Shown here: piece by piece, positions 9,813-19,956 of the stretch | Position numbering within the stretch: position 1 is the stretch's first letter | How the letters are laid out: every line of letters begins with the position of its first letter | Source: an uncultured virus (IMG/VR IMGVR_UViG_3300028393_000055) | Taxonomy: Duplodnaviria; Heunggongvirae; Uroviricota; Caudoviricetes | Length of the DNA stretch: 64,000 bases | Reading direction: 5' to 3' (one strand) | IMG/VR virus record: IMGVR_UViG_3300028393_000055 | The notes under the pieces: model-generated | Database searches by the model: none | The model's input: only the letters and a program-made list of their open reading frames with translations | What the model was told of the DNA's origin: nothing | Position numbers and translations under genes: made by a program

Positions 9813-10421
9813 TTAATTGTCAATCAAGTTGCCGAGTAGGTCAGCCTCAACTGTCCAATAATCGTATGCGAACTCCACGGTAAATTCTTCAATCGCGTCT
9901 GTTGTTTCCCAGTTTAGATCAATGTTTGAAATGTTTAGAGGGAAGATGTTATTGAATGTGTATTGGCGTGTTGGAATAGCTGCATCACCGGCTGCTGTAC
10001 CAGAACCATATACACCTGTCTTTGCGTAGTGACGAACAGTAGCGCGTGAGCGATATGCTGCCTGTCCAGATTCAAAGATAAGAGCAGAGTCACGAAGATT
10101 ATTTACATGACTATTAATTGCTGCTGACCATTCTTCGAACGCATGACGCATTTCAAAATCTTCGTCGTTCATAATAGTTACGGTCCAATTATCAAATGTT
10201 CTATTACCAGCCATTTTAACTTTGCGACCGAAGTAGGGCACTTCAATTTGCCCTACTGTTGATTGTGGAATCGACGAGGCTTTACAGACAAATCGAAACT
10301 GTGCTTCTGCCGTAGGATTTGAAAGGCCCTGTGGTAGTGTCAAGAACACCTCGAAAAGAGATGCTCTTGCGCCACCATACGGAAGTCCTAGCGAAGCGAA
10401 TGTATTAACATTAAAGGGCAT
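9813..10421 (-). CDS. gp19: Tail tube protein (T4 gp19-like)
   Basis: PYFGRKVKMAGNRTFDNWTVTIMNDEDF, IEEFTVEFAYDYW; between gp18 and gp20. Confidence 0.95.
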   Translation of the reverse strand: MPFNVNTFASLGLPYGGARASLFEVFLTLPQGLSNPTAEAQFRFVCKASSIPQSTVGQIEVPYFGRKVKMAGNRTFDNWTVTIMNDEDFEMRHAFEEWSAAINSHVNNLRDSALIFESGQAAYRSRATVRHYAKTGVYGSGTAAGDAAIPTRQYTFNNIFPLNISNIDLNWETTDAIEEFTVEFAYDYWTVEADLLGNLIDN

Positions 10422-10464
10422 ATTATTTGTCTCCCTACCTTTTCTTTCTATTTATTCGCCTAAA

Positions 10465-12414
10465 TTAGAACTTTCCTACCACTTCGGTGAAATCTACGCC
10501 TGAACGTACTGCCACGAAGTTAAGCTGAATGAAGTTAATTGAACGAGCTGGCTTGATGTAGATATCACCAATAAACTCATTGCGGTCGATAACTTCGCCT
10601 GTGTTGTTTGTTTCGTCGCAAACCACACGGAAGTCCGTGATACCACGACGCCCCTGAACGTCACGAAGGAATGGTTCTACTAGAGCCTTGAACTGTGCGC
10701 GTGTGAATGCATCGTTGAATTCAAACAATGTGAACTTAGCAGCAGTTGCAATTGCCTTTTCAAGCACAATGAATAGACGACGAACATTGATGCGGTCGAA
10801 AGCTGATGGCTTTGAAAGCATTGTCTTATCACCAAATAAAATTGTACCCTGACCTGGGAACGTCACAATTGGATTGATACCGTTCTTGTATAGCTGGTCA
10901 CGATCAGCCTTACCTGGGTTATAAGCCATCTTGATAGCATTCTTAATGCCACCGCGATTGTAGCCAGCAGGAGACCACCAAGGATCACGATCATTGTCTG
11001 TTCGAACCATGAGACCAGCAACGTCGCCGTTACAAGGTATATAACGATAAACGTCATTGTACTTGTCATATTGATACTTCCATCCAGAGTCCATGATAGC
11101 ATAAGATGTTGATGGTAGCAAATTGCGGAATGTAATGATATCAGTTTGCTCTTTACCAGAATATGCGTTGTTGTTTACTACAGAAGCCGATGGTGGTGAT
11201 AATACGGCTACACAATCCTTGCGATATTCAACAATGTTATTAATGATGTGAATTGCGCGTGTTTGTGTCGATGCACCACCAAGAACAAGTGAAATATCAA
11301 TATCTTCCGCACTTCTGAATAGATTATATGCATTAATATAATCTGCTTCACGTGGAAGTGATCCATCACGCCCTTTACCTAGTGAAGAGTTTACTGGTTT
11401 GTTGGTACTTCCAGTTGCGGCATTAAAGTTGACCGATGATTTAATAGCGAGGCCTGAACGGAATCCTGTTGGGTTAGAAGTCCACCAAATCCAACGAGAA
11501 TTTTGATTGATATAATCTTTAAAGTAAATATTTGTACCATTTTCGCTTTGCGAATCAATAGCCTTTGAAATATTTTGGTGTACTTCAAGAACCGTATTGG
11601 CATAACCTGTGATGCCACCATCTTCGTCGGCAACAATAATATGCATTTCATCATTTGAACCACCATGACGAGCAGCATCTTGAGATGTTCCAGGTGGTCC
11701 ATTCACATTCTTATGAAATTCCCAACGACGAGTTACAGAAGACTGTGTTATGTTATTACCAACATATGCGCTTCTTAGTGTAAGATTTTTACCTGTGCCG
11801 AGTGACGAAATTTGAACTTCAACCTTATCAGGACCAGCAAGAAGAATATCTCCTACTGTCAAAAGTGTTGCTTGGTTAGCTGATGCAGTTGCAGTGGTTG
11901 ATCCGTTTGCAAATGCAATCGTACCGGAAACGGTTGATTCGTAAGCATTTGATGAAAGGCAAACAGATACACGAATATTGTTGCCGATGTTACCTGGATA
12001 CTTAGCTGTCCACAATCCGGCAGAAACAATGCCACTTGAATAATTTTGATTATAATCATCTATGTTTTTGATAATTATGTTTGTAGCTAGAGAGTTGTTA
12101 CTTACAGAATTACGAGCAATTGCAACATCAGTTGAACGATTTGATGCGTTTGCATCGCGAACAACACGAGTCAAATATAATGCATTACCGTAAGACAAAA
12201 AATTTGCAGCGGTAAAGAAGTCAACAGCAGTGTTTGTGTTTGGCACGCGGAAATTATTTACAAGCGTATCTTCTGAGTCAGTAAGAACGCGAACGCCTAC
12301 AGGACCCCAAGAGTAATGTCCCGCAAAAGCTGCTGTTGTTGTGCTGACTGCCGGGATAATCGTAGTAAGATCAATCTCACTTACGTTGACTCCGGGAGAG
12401 ATTTGAAATGGCAT
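10465..12414 (-). CDS. gp18: Tail sheath protein (T4 gp18-like)
   Basis: SPGVNVSEIDLT, WWSPAGYNRG, AFDRINVRRLF, KPARSINFIQLNFVA. Confidence 0.97.
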   Translation of the reverse strand: MPFQISPGVNVSEIDLTTIIPAVSTTTAAFAGHYSWGPVGVRVLTDSEDTLVNNFRVPNTNTAVDFFTAANFLSYGNALYLTRVVRDANASNRSTDVAIARNSVSNNSLATNIIIKNIDDYNQNYSSGIVSAGLWTAKYPGNIGNNIRVSVCLSSNAYESTVSGTIAFANGSTTATASANQATLLTVGDILLAGPDKVEVQISSLGTGKNLTLRSAYVGNNITQSSVTRRWEFHKNVNGPPGTSQDAARHGGSNDEMHIIVADEDGGITGYANTVLEVHQNISKAIDSQSENGTNIYFKDYINQNSRWIWWTSNPTGFRSGLAIKSSVNFNAATGSTNKPVNSSLGKGRDGSLPREADYINAYNLFRSAEDIDISLVLGGASTQTRAIHIINNIVEYRKDCVAVLSPPSASVVNNNAYSGKEQTDIITFRNLLPSTSYAIMDSGWKYQYDKYNDVYRYIPCNGDVAGLMVRTDNDRDPWWSPAGYNRGGIKNAIKMAYNPGKADRDQLYKNGINPIVTFPGQGTILFGDKTMLSKPSAFDRINVRRLFIVLEKAIATAAKFTLFEFNDAFTRAQFKALVEPFLRDVQGRRGITDFRVVCDETNNTGEVIDRNEFIGDIYIKPARSINFIQLNFVAVRSGVDFTEVVGKF

Positions 12415-12466
12415 AGACTTATCTCCTCTATAGACGAAGGTATTCTTCGATTCATTCTTGTTCTTT

Positions 12467-12474
12467 TATTTATA
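12467..12474 (-). promoter_or_regulatory. T4-type late promoter TATAAATA for gp18
   Basis: Exact TATAAATA on minus strand in the gp17-gp18 gap. Confidence 0.8.
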
Positions 12475-12489
12475 AAAACGAGACTTTTG

Positions 12490-14109
12490 TTACCCAAATC
12501 TAAAATCACCGAAGCCCATCCCAGCGGGTATTGGGTCATCAATGGCTTCTATTTCCTGTCTACCATCGTCTATAAACCCTACCGGAAGTAAGTCGTCATG
12601 CACATCTTTCATTGTTTCGCGGGCTAAATTTTGCCTAATATCACTGTTCATTAAGTCTTTAAAATACGCCTGAGTTATGAGCCACCCAAAAAGAACCAAC
12701 GTCATAGCTAGATCATCGTGGCAACCTTCTTCAGCTTTATATGTGTCTTTGTCTTCAACAAAGGTGGTAAGTTCTTCAATCGTGTCAAAGTCGGTTATCA
12801 ATAGCTTATTGCTTTCGATAATCGTCTTCAGATTCGAACAACCGATCTTTTTGACCTGTTTTGTGGTACGCACACCGAAAGCCGATTTAGTGGCAAACCC
12901 ACCACCAATCTTGATTGCTTTGTTTTTACTAAACGTAGCAATAACATTTTCATATTCCAGATCCATAAACAACGAATTGACAACCTGCTGCCCAATGTTA
13001 TTTGTTTCACCTAAAACATATGCGTTATTGTACCAGCGAGCAAATCGGTAAATTACGTCTGGGAACAAAAGTGGCGAGACATTTTTGTCCCTATATTTAG
13101 CTACCTGCCGATATGGGACTTGCGACACATCAAAAACAGATAGCGCAGAATAGTCGCCACCTACACCTTCGGACACGTCGAATACCATAATATAAGATTT
13201 CTTTGGGTCTGGTGCTTCATAGTAATCAAGATTAAATTTATCTTTTTGTGGGCGAACGTGTGTTAGTTCGCGAAGCTTCATAGGGTTGATGAGGGTGCTA
13301 GACGAACCAATAAACTCGCACTCAAATTCCTGACGAAACTGTTCTTCGCTAGTATTAGCGATGGTCTGTTTTTTCCATTCTTCATCACGCCCTGGGACAT
13401 CCGACCAGTTAATTTCAACTGGCGCATATTCGCTATTACCTTCGATGGCGTCTGACCACATGCGATAGAAATGATTCATACCAAGTGGCGTAGATACGAT
13501 TATAATCTTAGTCGTCTTACCAGATGAAATGGTAGGGTATGTAGATGCAAAGAATGCATCAGCTAGATTGCGCTGGACGTGCGCGAACTCGTCAAGGAAG
13601 ATAAGGTTAAATGAGCCTCCGCGGATAGCACTGGATGACGTAGCCGCAGCGAGAACCTTCGACCCATTCTCTAGTTCGATGTTGCCTTTGTTCCAGACGA
13701 CAACACCCTGCTGAAGCCAGATCGGAAGATATTCATATGCAAGCTGAAGTTTGGCTAATAGGTCACGCGCAAGCGCGCCCTTGTTCGCGAGAATAGCCAC
13801 ATTCTGTTGGTCTGTGAATAGAATGAGCCAGAGGATATATGCGATAGATGTGGTAGACTTGCCGACCTGACGAGGGAGTTTACAGATAGAAAAGCGGTTG
13901 TCCGCAAACGTGTGGAGCATCTTCGCTTGAAAGTCCCACATATTGAACGGTATAAGGCCGTGATCCACGTTGACGATTTTAACATAAGTCCGAGCAAAAT
14001 ATTCAACGTCTTTTGCACATTTTATATACTCTTCAACCTGCTCTTTGGTATACTGAATAGGCACCCCATATCGTTTAAGATTTGGGTTACCAAGATATGT
14101 CTTGCTCAT
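12490..14109 (-). CDS. gp17: Terminase large subunit (T4 gp17-like)
   Basis: Walker A LPRQVGKST, IFLDEFAH, nuclease DVSEGVGGDYS and HDDLAM. Confidence 0.97.
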   Translation of the reverse strand: MSKTYLGNPNLKRYGVPIQYTKEQVEEYIKCAKDVEYFARTYVKIVNVDHGLIPFNMWDFQAKMLHTFADNRFSICKLPRQVGKSTTSIAYILWLILFTDQQNVAILANKGALARDLLAKLQLAYEYLPIWLQQGVVVWNKGNIELENGSKVLAAATSSSAIRGGSFNLIFLDEFAHVQRNLADAFFASTYPTISSGKTTKIIIVSTPLGMNHFYRMWSDAIEGNSEYAPVEINWSDVPGRDEEWKKQTIANTSEEQFRQEFECEFIGSSSTLINPMKLRELTHVRPQKDKFNLDYYEAPDPKKSYIMVFDVSEGVGGDYSALSVFDVSQVPYRQVAKYRDKNVSPLLFPDVIYRFARWYNNAYVLGETNNIGQQVVNSLFMDLEYENVIATFSKNKAIKIGGGFATKSAFGVRTTKQVKKIGCSNLKTIIESNKLLITDFDTIEELTTFVEDKDTYKAEEGCHDDLAMTLVLFGWLITQAYFKDLMNSDIRQNLARETMKDVHDDLLPVGFIDDGRQEIEAIDDPIPAGMGFGDFRFG

Positions 14110-14252
14110 CTTACCTTATTCTTTTTAGGTGCGGCAGCTTCTCTAGCCTTTAGCTCTTCAATTGTTGGCTCTTTTTTAGTGCCAGTTTGAACTGGTGGAG
14201 GGAGAACAAGATTAGAATTTAATAGGGTGTCCTGTAAGATTTTCTTTAACAT
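14106..14252 (-). CDS. 48-aa hypothetical protein between gp16 and gp17
   Basis: Not in track; MLKKILQDTLL...KKNKVR; start overlaps gp16 stop (TGATG) and stop overlaps gp17 start (ATGA). Confidence 0.6.
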   Translation of the reverse strand: MLKKILQDTLLNSNLVLPPPVQTGTKKEPTIEELKAREAAAPKKNKVR

Positions 14253-14659
14253 CACTTTCTCCCGTTGATTAGTTGTTGTAGCTCAGATGTGCTACCGACA
14301 AAAATCGAATTATTAATTGTTTGTGGCACATCTTTTTCATCAACGCGCTTTAACTCTTTTAACTTTTTCTGAATGTCAAGGAGGTCTTTGTTAGCATCGA
14401 CAAGCGTTTTGATTAGCTGACCAACCACTTCAAATGCTCGCGGATGTTCAGATGTTTTGGCTACAATAAGAGCTTCTTCCAAAGCGTCGCTACCCTGATT
14501 GATGATTTGATGAAGATTGTTTCGAGCGGTAGCAAAATCACTATCAAGATCAGAATCAACAGCAATTGGTTTCAACGGTTGCACCATTGGTGGTGAGTTG
14601 ATCGGTAAATTTAGTGCAGATTCTATACTCTGCTCAAATATTGTTTTGTCACTCATCAT
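14252..14659 (-). CDS. gp16: Terminase small subunit (T4 gp16-like)
   Basis: SEHPRAFEVVGQLIK, NNSIFVGSTSELQ; synteny. Confidence 0.9.
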   Translation of the reverse strand: MMSDKTIFEQSIESALNLPINSPPMVQPLKPIAVDSDLDSDFATARNNLHQIINQGSDALEEALIVAKTSEHPRAFEVVGQLIKTLVDANKDLLDIQKKLKELKRVDEKDVPQTINNSIFVGSTSELQQLINGRK

Positions 14660-15521
14660 TACCTGTTCTTGGGTTATATTTCAATCCATCAATGTAGAAG
14701 AAATTATTTGATGCAAACCCATAAGCTGAATTTGCAGAAATCTGTGAGTATGGTATAGAAGCTGCGCTGTTTGTTGTTGGAGATCCATTTGCAAGAAGTC
14801 CTGGAGTTATAACAACACGAGAACTGCGACCGGTGCGAGCAACATCGTCCAACGTAATTTTGCCAGCAGTATTTGCAACCACACCAAAATCGACTTGTGC
14901 GCGTTTGATAACTCCCTGGCGACGAACTGGTCCGTAGAAGTATCCTTTGACTGTAAAATCCATCGTATAAATGATAGCACGACGATTCTCAAAGCTACCA
15001 TCATATGTATCTTCAATCGACACCGTGTTTAGTACGGTAGGAATATCAATTGATAAATTCATACCAGGAATAATCTTGACGGTGTTTGTCCACTCTGGTC
15101 CAAAATATGGTACAATCTGTTCAAGGACCTGCGCGCCATCGTCCGCGTTACGCACATACGCATAGAGATTGAATGTCATATCATACGGCACAGGCATATG
15201 CTGGTAATCGGCTTTGTTATTATCTGAAACAATAACTACATTTTTGCCTTTGCTATTAAAACGACGTGTGCCGTCATAGTTTAGGGTTGTCATTTCAAAT
15301 GCAAGACGAGGCAATTGGATTGAAATTTGCTGATCTAAGTTAGGATCTTGTTGTGTACGAACTAGAAATTTTTCTTTTGGACCATACGCAATAGGAACTG
15401 CGATAGCTGATGCAGTTGTTCCATCGCGATTGTATTGCTTGACCACGATATCGTTGAACATGTTACCAAACATGATAACATATTTACGCAGTGACTGGTG
15501 GTAAAACTGTGATCCGAACAT
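14649..15521 (-). CDS. gp15: Tail sheath stabilizer/terminator (T4 gp15-like)
   Basis: FGNMFNDI, VPIAYGPKEKF, QVLEQIVPYF, FTVKGYFYGP. Confidence 0.93.
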   Translation of the reverse strand: MFGSQFYHQSLRKYVIMFGNMFNDIVVKQYNRDGTTASAIAVPIAYGPKEKFLVRTQQDPNLDQQISIQLPRLAFEMTTLNYDGTRRFNSKGKNVVIVSDNNKADYQHMPVPYDMTFNLYAYVRNADDGAQVLEQIVPYFGPEWTNTVKIIPGMNLSIDIPTVLNTVSIEDTYDGSFENRRAIIYTMDFTVKGYFYGPVRRQGVIKRAQVDFGVVANTAGKITLDDVARTGRSSRVVITPGLLANGSPTTNSAASIPYSQISANSAYGFASNNFFYIDGLKYNPRTGNDE

Positions 15522-16354
15522 TAGTATCTATCAACCTCTGAGAATGGATTACGTTCGCTGAAGTCAAGATAATCCAACGATTTCTGAGTGAAGTATTCAT
15601 TATTGGCTGTAATTGTCTGTACCTCGACACGATATTCATTCAACATGAATCCGCCATCTTCGTTTAGCAGATAAGTGCCATCTTCCAACATAGTCTGGTA
15701 CTGGAGAATATTCTGATCGTAGCGCGTACCAATCGCGTCGATGGCGGTATTACCTGTAGCAATCGAATCTGGACCAATACGATCCACGAGTTCGCAATTC
15801 AAATCATATGTGTAAAGTTTACCGTGCTGATAGAAAATGGCTTCGTGTTCAACAAACTTGATTTCGTATAGCTTCTTATTCAGTGGAAAATAGATCCAGT
15901 CACCTTCAAATGGGCGAGGTGTCGTAATGCTATAATTATTACCATTACCTGCTTCAAGCATAATACACTGTGTATTGCCCCAAGAGTTAGTATCAGCGGA
16001 TTCTACCTGATAATTATAGCCAACTTCCGTTATGAGCTTCTCGGTTGTGATTTGATTCCAACGCTTACGAGCCATCGTAAATGTGATGGAGTCGTTGATC
16101 TGAAGATTAAACTTGGATAGAAAATCTCCCTCACCTTCGAAACCCTGGACATTCTTGACATAGACCTCAATATCCACCGCGTCGTCAAACGTCGATGTTG
16201 GGTCTTCACCTAGAAGAGGATCGACGTTGCGAAGAGTGCGTGGCAAATACTTTATATCCAGACCATAAATCTTAATCGCTTGCACGATAAGATCCTCAGC
16301 AAGATCCTGCTGACGCCCGTATGTGAATGGTCGGAAGTATTTGTTTGTTGTCAT
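15521..16354 (-). CDS. gp14: Neck protein (T4 gp14-like)
   Basis: YLPR, GFEGEGDFLSKF, PFEGDWIYFP, FSERNPF. Confidence 0.92.
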   Translation of the reverse strand: MTTNKYFRPFTYGRQQDLAEDLIVQAIKIYGLDIKYLPRTLRNVDPLLGEDPTSTFDDAVDIEVYVKNVQGFEGEGDFLSKFNLQINDSITFTMARKRWNQITTEKLITEVGYNYQVESADTNSWGNTQCIMLEAGNGNNYSITTPRPFEGDWIYFPLNKKLYEIKFVEHEAIFYQHGKLYTYDLNCELVDRIGPDSIATGNTAIDAIGTRYDQNILQYQTMLEDGTYLLNEDGGFMLNEYRVEVQTITANNEYFTQKSLDYLDFSERNPFSEVDRY

Positions 16355-16356
16355 CC

Positions 16357-17100
16357 TTAGCCGATCATATCCGTAACGGGCAAGCTATAATCGTTAATGA
16401 GTGACGTTTCCATCGTTGTTATCATGTCGTTTGCTTCTTCCCAAATCTTCTGCCCGTTGAATGTGATACCACCAGGAAGCTGCATACCTTCATATAGCTT
16501 TAGATTCTCACCCCACTGGCGCTTCACAAGCGCGGTCGCGTACTGCTTTAGCCACGAATCATTCCACACGTCGGTATATGTGTTTGGGTCCAAACTTGCA
16601 TATCCATCCACGATAATCGTATATCCTGGCTGTACGTCAGTAGCCCATGCCATGTCGATATGAAGCGTATTGGTGTGGCGATTAAATCTAAGTGGTTTCT
16701 TACCGACGAAGATTTCTTCTAGCGTCTCAATATGGCGCATAGCCATAACATATGGTGCTACCGATACGCTGGTAATATTGAATAGTTCGTTCAGGTGAAG
16801 CTGATATCGCACATTGAACATACTGGTCGTGCTATAGCTATCGCCGAGATCAAAGATACGGGTTACGCCGATAATGCTTTCTGGGAGTGTAAGATAGCGA
16901 TTGGTAATGTCGGTAGGCGTAACTATGTGCTTATACAGAACATGTTCAGTGCCATCATAGTGGTAATCGCGGTATTTCGCAATAGCGTCGTCGATACGAT
17001 CCTCAACCTGCTCGTCATCCACATTGATATCAATAACTGGCGCTCCGAGGCGGCGCAGGATATAGTCTTTGAATTCCTGTCTTGATGCTGGAATAGCCAT
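16357..17100 (-). CDS. gp13: Neck protein (T4 gp13-like)
   Basis: LRRLGAPVIDINV, YATALVKRQWGENL, LPGGITFNG. Confidence 0.93.
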   Translation of the reverse strand: MAIPASRQEFKDYILRRLGAPVIDINVDDEQVEDRIDDAIAKYRDYHYDGTEHVLYKHIVTPTDITNRYLTLPESIIGVTRIFDLGDSYSTTSMFNVRYQLHLNELFNITSVSVAPYVMAMRHIETLEEIFVGKKPLRFNRHTNTLHIDMAWATDVQPGYTIIVDGYASLDPNTYTDVWNDSWLKQYATALVKRQWGENLKLYEGMQLPGGITFNGQKIWEEANDMITTMETSLINDYSLPVTDMIG

Positions 17101-17123
17101 TTATCACTCCGAGTTAGTTCTAC

Positions 17124-17156
17124 TATTTATGTTCTTGACTATTTAGTCTATATAGT
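17124..17156. promoter_or_regulatory. Divergent regulatory region: TAAATA late-like boxes for gp13 (minus) and TATATA box before tctC (plus)
   Basis: CATAAATA and ACTAAATA on minus; TATATAG about 5 nt before the plus-strand ATG at 17160, with no obvious RBS. Confidence 0.5.
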
Positions 17157-17159
17157 GAT

Positions 17160-18122
17160 ATGATTCGTTTGATTGTAATGCTCTTTATTGGCTTCATTTC
17201 GCTTGCGGCTGCGGCGTCTGAACTAAAAATAATCACTCCATCCAATGACGATAGTTATAATATCAACGCTCGGATTCTATCCAGGCATCTCGGTAAATAC
17301 TTACCAGACAATCCTACTATAACTATCCAATCCATGCCAGGCGCTGCGAGCTTAGTTGCAGCCAATTACCTATACAATATTGCGCCGAGAGATGGTAGCG
17401 TTATCGGCATCGTCTATAAAGAGATTCCGTTTGTAGGGCTATTAGGTGGTGAGGGAGTTCAGTTTGACCCTAACCATTTCAACTGGATTGGATCAGTAGC
17501 AGACGGCCGCAAGGATGCTGTTATTCTATGGGCCAATGAACCGAAGTTTCGGTCAGACTTCGTTGTAGGTGCTGAGGGTGCCACATCAGGCAACATGGCT
17601 TTGTTTGTCAACAGAATGCTTGGCACCAATTTCAAGATTGTCGGTGGTTATCCAACGACCGGTGCTAACCGTCTCGCGCTTGAGCGCAAGGAAGTGGATG
17701 CGGTTATCTATAGCTTGATTGGTATCAAAACGCAAAAGCCCAACTGGTTACAGTCAGGCAGCGGCATCTATCCAACGCTCCAGTTTGGCAACGGTACGGC
17801 CCGTCTACCAGAATATAAGGAAGTTCCAGCACTGGCTGAATATATAACAGACGATAAAGACAGAAAGCTCCTTCATGCTTTTGAATCCCAGTTCATAATG
17901 TTGCGCCCATTCGTAGCACCACCTGGCGTGCCAAAATCACGCATAGATGAACTACGCAATGCGTTCTCAAAAGTAATGGTAGATGCTGAATATGTGGAAG
18001 ACGCTCGCCGTGCAAACATAGATATCAATGCAATCAGCGGTGCTGATATGGAAACCATGATAAAAACTCCAGTAGGTATAGAAACGCTCAATAGTCTCAA
18101 ACAGATTTATAAGGTGAAGTGA
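17160..18122 (+). CDS. tctC: Tripartite tricarboxylate transporter substrate-binding protein (TctC/Bug family)
   Basis: Signal peptide; ARILSRHLGKYLPDNP...MPGAASLVAANYLYNIAPRDG, LALERKEVD, PFVAPPGVP. Confidence 0.85.
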   Translation: MIRLIVMLFIGFISLAAAASELKIITPSNDDSYNINARILSRHLGKYLPDNPTITIQSMPGAASLVAANYLYNIAPRDGSVIGIVYKEIPFVGLLGGEGVQFDPNHFNWIGSVADGRKDAVILWANEPKFRSDFVVGAEGATSGNMALFVNRMLGTNFKIVGGYPTTGANRLALERKEVDAVIYSLIGIKTQKPNWLQSGSGIYPTLQFGNGTARLPEYKEVPALAEYITDDKDRKLLHAFESQFIMLRPFVAPPGVPKSRIDELRNAFSKVMVDAEYVEDARRANIDINAISGADMETMIKTPVGIETLNSLKQIYKVK

Positions 18123-18123
18123 T

Positions 18124-18804
18124 ATGAAAGAACATATTTTATTTCCAACACTTCTAGCTGAATTTGAATATCCAGACAAAGACAATTTCAAGCAAGTTTT
18201 CTACGACAAGATTTTCGATTATATGTCACCAGATGGATTCTCGAATGAATACACTGGGCATGTCAATCTTCACCACGAACCTGCATTTGAACCACTATTC
18301 AAATTTGCTGTAGACTCGGTTAGACAATACGTTGCGAGACTCTACGTTGATCCAAACGTATTTGAATTTAATCTAGTCAAAACTTGGATGAACATTACCA
18401 AGAACAGACAGACGCCTATGCATAGTCATGGTGACGCTCACATGTCGTTTACATACTACATTAACATACCAAAAGATTTCTCAAAGCCAATTCGCTTCTA
18501 TAATTATGAGCATAGATATGAACCATTTCCTGGATGCATCAAATTTAATAACCCATCACATTGGGACGCATTCAATGCATACACATGGCAACTAGAACCG
18601 AAAGAAGGGCAGCTATTTGTTTTTCCATCAAACGTACCGCACGACACAGTAGGGCAATCAGAGCAGATGGAAACTGGGTGTTTTACGCCAAATAATTTAG
18701 ATCAGATGCGAATATGTCTTGCTGCCGATATTCTGATGACGTATAAAGAGAAAGCAGCAAAACCATTGGGTGTGCAACCCGTAAGTAACTGGAGAACCTT
18801 TTAA
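18124..18804 (+). CDS. Putative 2OG-Fe(II) oxygenase (TIGR02466-like)
   Basis: LFPT N-terminus, WMN...HSH...SFTYY, PKEGQLFVFPSNVPH, distal R. Confidence 0.8.
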   Translation: MKEHILFPTLLAEFEYPDKDNFKQVFYDKIFDYMSPDGFSNEYTGHVNLHHEPAFEPLFKFAVDSVRQYVARLYVDPNVFEFNLVKTWMNITKNRQTPMHSHGDAHMSFTYYINIPKDFSKPIRFYNYEHRYEPFPGCIKFNNPSHWDAFNAYTWQLEPKEGQLFVFPSNVPHDTVGQSEQMETGCFTPNNLDQMRICLAADILMTYKEKAAKPLGVQPVSNWRTF

Positions 18805-19424
18805 TGAAGCACACAACGATTTATAATGATCCGCATAAACGAACCAAAGTGACAGAACCTTGGGCTTATTGGGACGGCGCATTTACCGACGAAGAACTCC
18901 AAGCTATCATTGAATATTGTGATGCACAAGGCGTTCAACAAAGCACAATTATGGAATCTTCAGATCCGATTGAAGTTGAAAAGCATAGAATATCACAAAT
19001 TGCATTTCACAACAGAACACCAGAAACTGCGTGGATATTTGATAGATTGAATTTTATTATTCAGTCAATCAATGAAATGTATTATGGTTATGAATTGAAT
19101 GGTTACGCAACATTTCAATACACAACATATGATTCAACCAGAGAAGGACGATATGATTGGCATATGGATATGGCGCTTGGTGATTCGAAAGGAAACTTAG
19201 ATATTGAACCGCGCAAACTATCACTCACTATGATGTTAAATGATGATTATGAGGGTGGTGAATTTCAAATTAACGACGGTAAAGAAAATGATCCTATTAC
19301 AGTACCAAAAGTAAAAGGAAGGGCTGTTCTATTCCCTTCCTTTTTGATCCATCGGGTTGCGCCAGTAACTAAAGGTAGACGCTTATCTATTGTCGTATGG
19401 GTGCTTGGTCCAAAGTTCCAATGA
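18804..19424 (+). CDS. 2OG-Fe(II) oxygenase, prolyl-4-hydroxylase/PKHD-like
   Basis: YDWHMD, RKLS, DYEGGEF, FPSFLIHRVAPVTKGRRLSIVVW. Confidence 0.9.
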   Translation: MKHTTIYNDPHKRTKVTEPWAYWDGAFTDEELQAIIEYCDAQGVQQSTIMESSDPIEVEKHRISQIAFHNRTPETAWIFDRLNFIIQSINEMYYGYELNGYATFQYTTYDSTREGRYDWHMDMALGDSKGNLDIEPRKLSLTMMLNDDYEGGEFQINDGKENDPITVPKVKGRAVLFPSFLIHRVAPVTKGRRLSIVVWVLGPKFQ

Positions 19425-19431
19425 TATCGTT

Positions 19432-19878
19432 TCACTCGTTTTGTAGATACAATTGTCCTGTTTTTCTGTTAAGGATTGCCCAATAAAATTGGTATTTATT
19501 AATCTTAGGCTTCAATTCAATTGCTTCCAGTTTATCGCGGACTTCAATTACTTTTTGGTTGTAAGCCATCGCTAAGTTTGCATTTTGAAAATAAATTTCA
19601 ACGGTTAAATTGGTATTGTCGTCTGCATATCTTCTAGTCCAACCTTCAAAACCTTCAAATAATTCTGGTGCAATAGTTTCTCTATTTTGACGAATTAACG
19701 CATGATCAAAATTGACCTTTGAATAGCCTTCCCGACGGTCGATGCGTTGCAGCTCATCCCTAGCATCATATTCAACACCATGCGCATTTGGCGAATCTAT
19801 CGGAAAATATATGTCGTTCCAATGATAATCAACCAAGCCAGTGATTATCCATACAAGTTTTACCGGTGCGTCGGTCAT
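19432..19878 (-). CDS. Hypothetical protein
   Basis: 148 aa ORF with GGGAG RBS and upstream GATAAATA box; no recognised motif. Confidence 0.65.
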   Translation of the reverse strand: MTDAPVKLVWIITGLVDYHWNDIYFPIDSPNAHGVEYDARDELQRIDRREGYSKVNFDHALIRQNRETIAPELFEGFEGWTRRYADDNTNLTVEIYFQNANLAMAYNQKVIEVRDKLEAIELKPKINKYQFYWAILNRKTGQLYLQNE

Positions 19879-19956
19879 GAAAATTCTCCCTATTCGACTT
19901 TATTCTATTTATCATATATAAGACTATGAAATTGCAAGATAAGGAAATCATATAAC

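Noticed and set aside
12490..14109. Intron or intein in terminase or other core genes
   Set aside because: gp17 is continuous and of normal length; no homing endonuclease or intein motifs recognised
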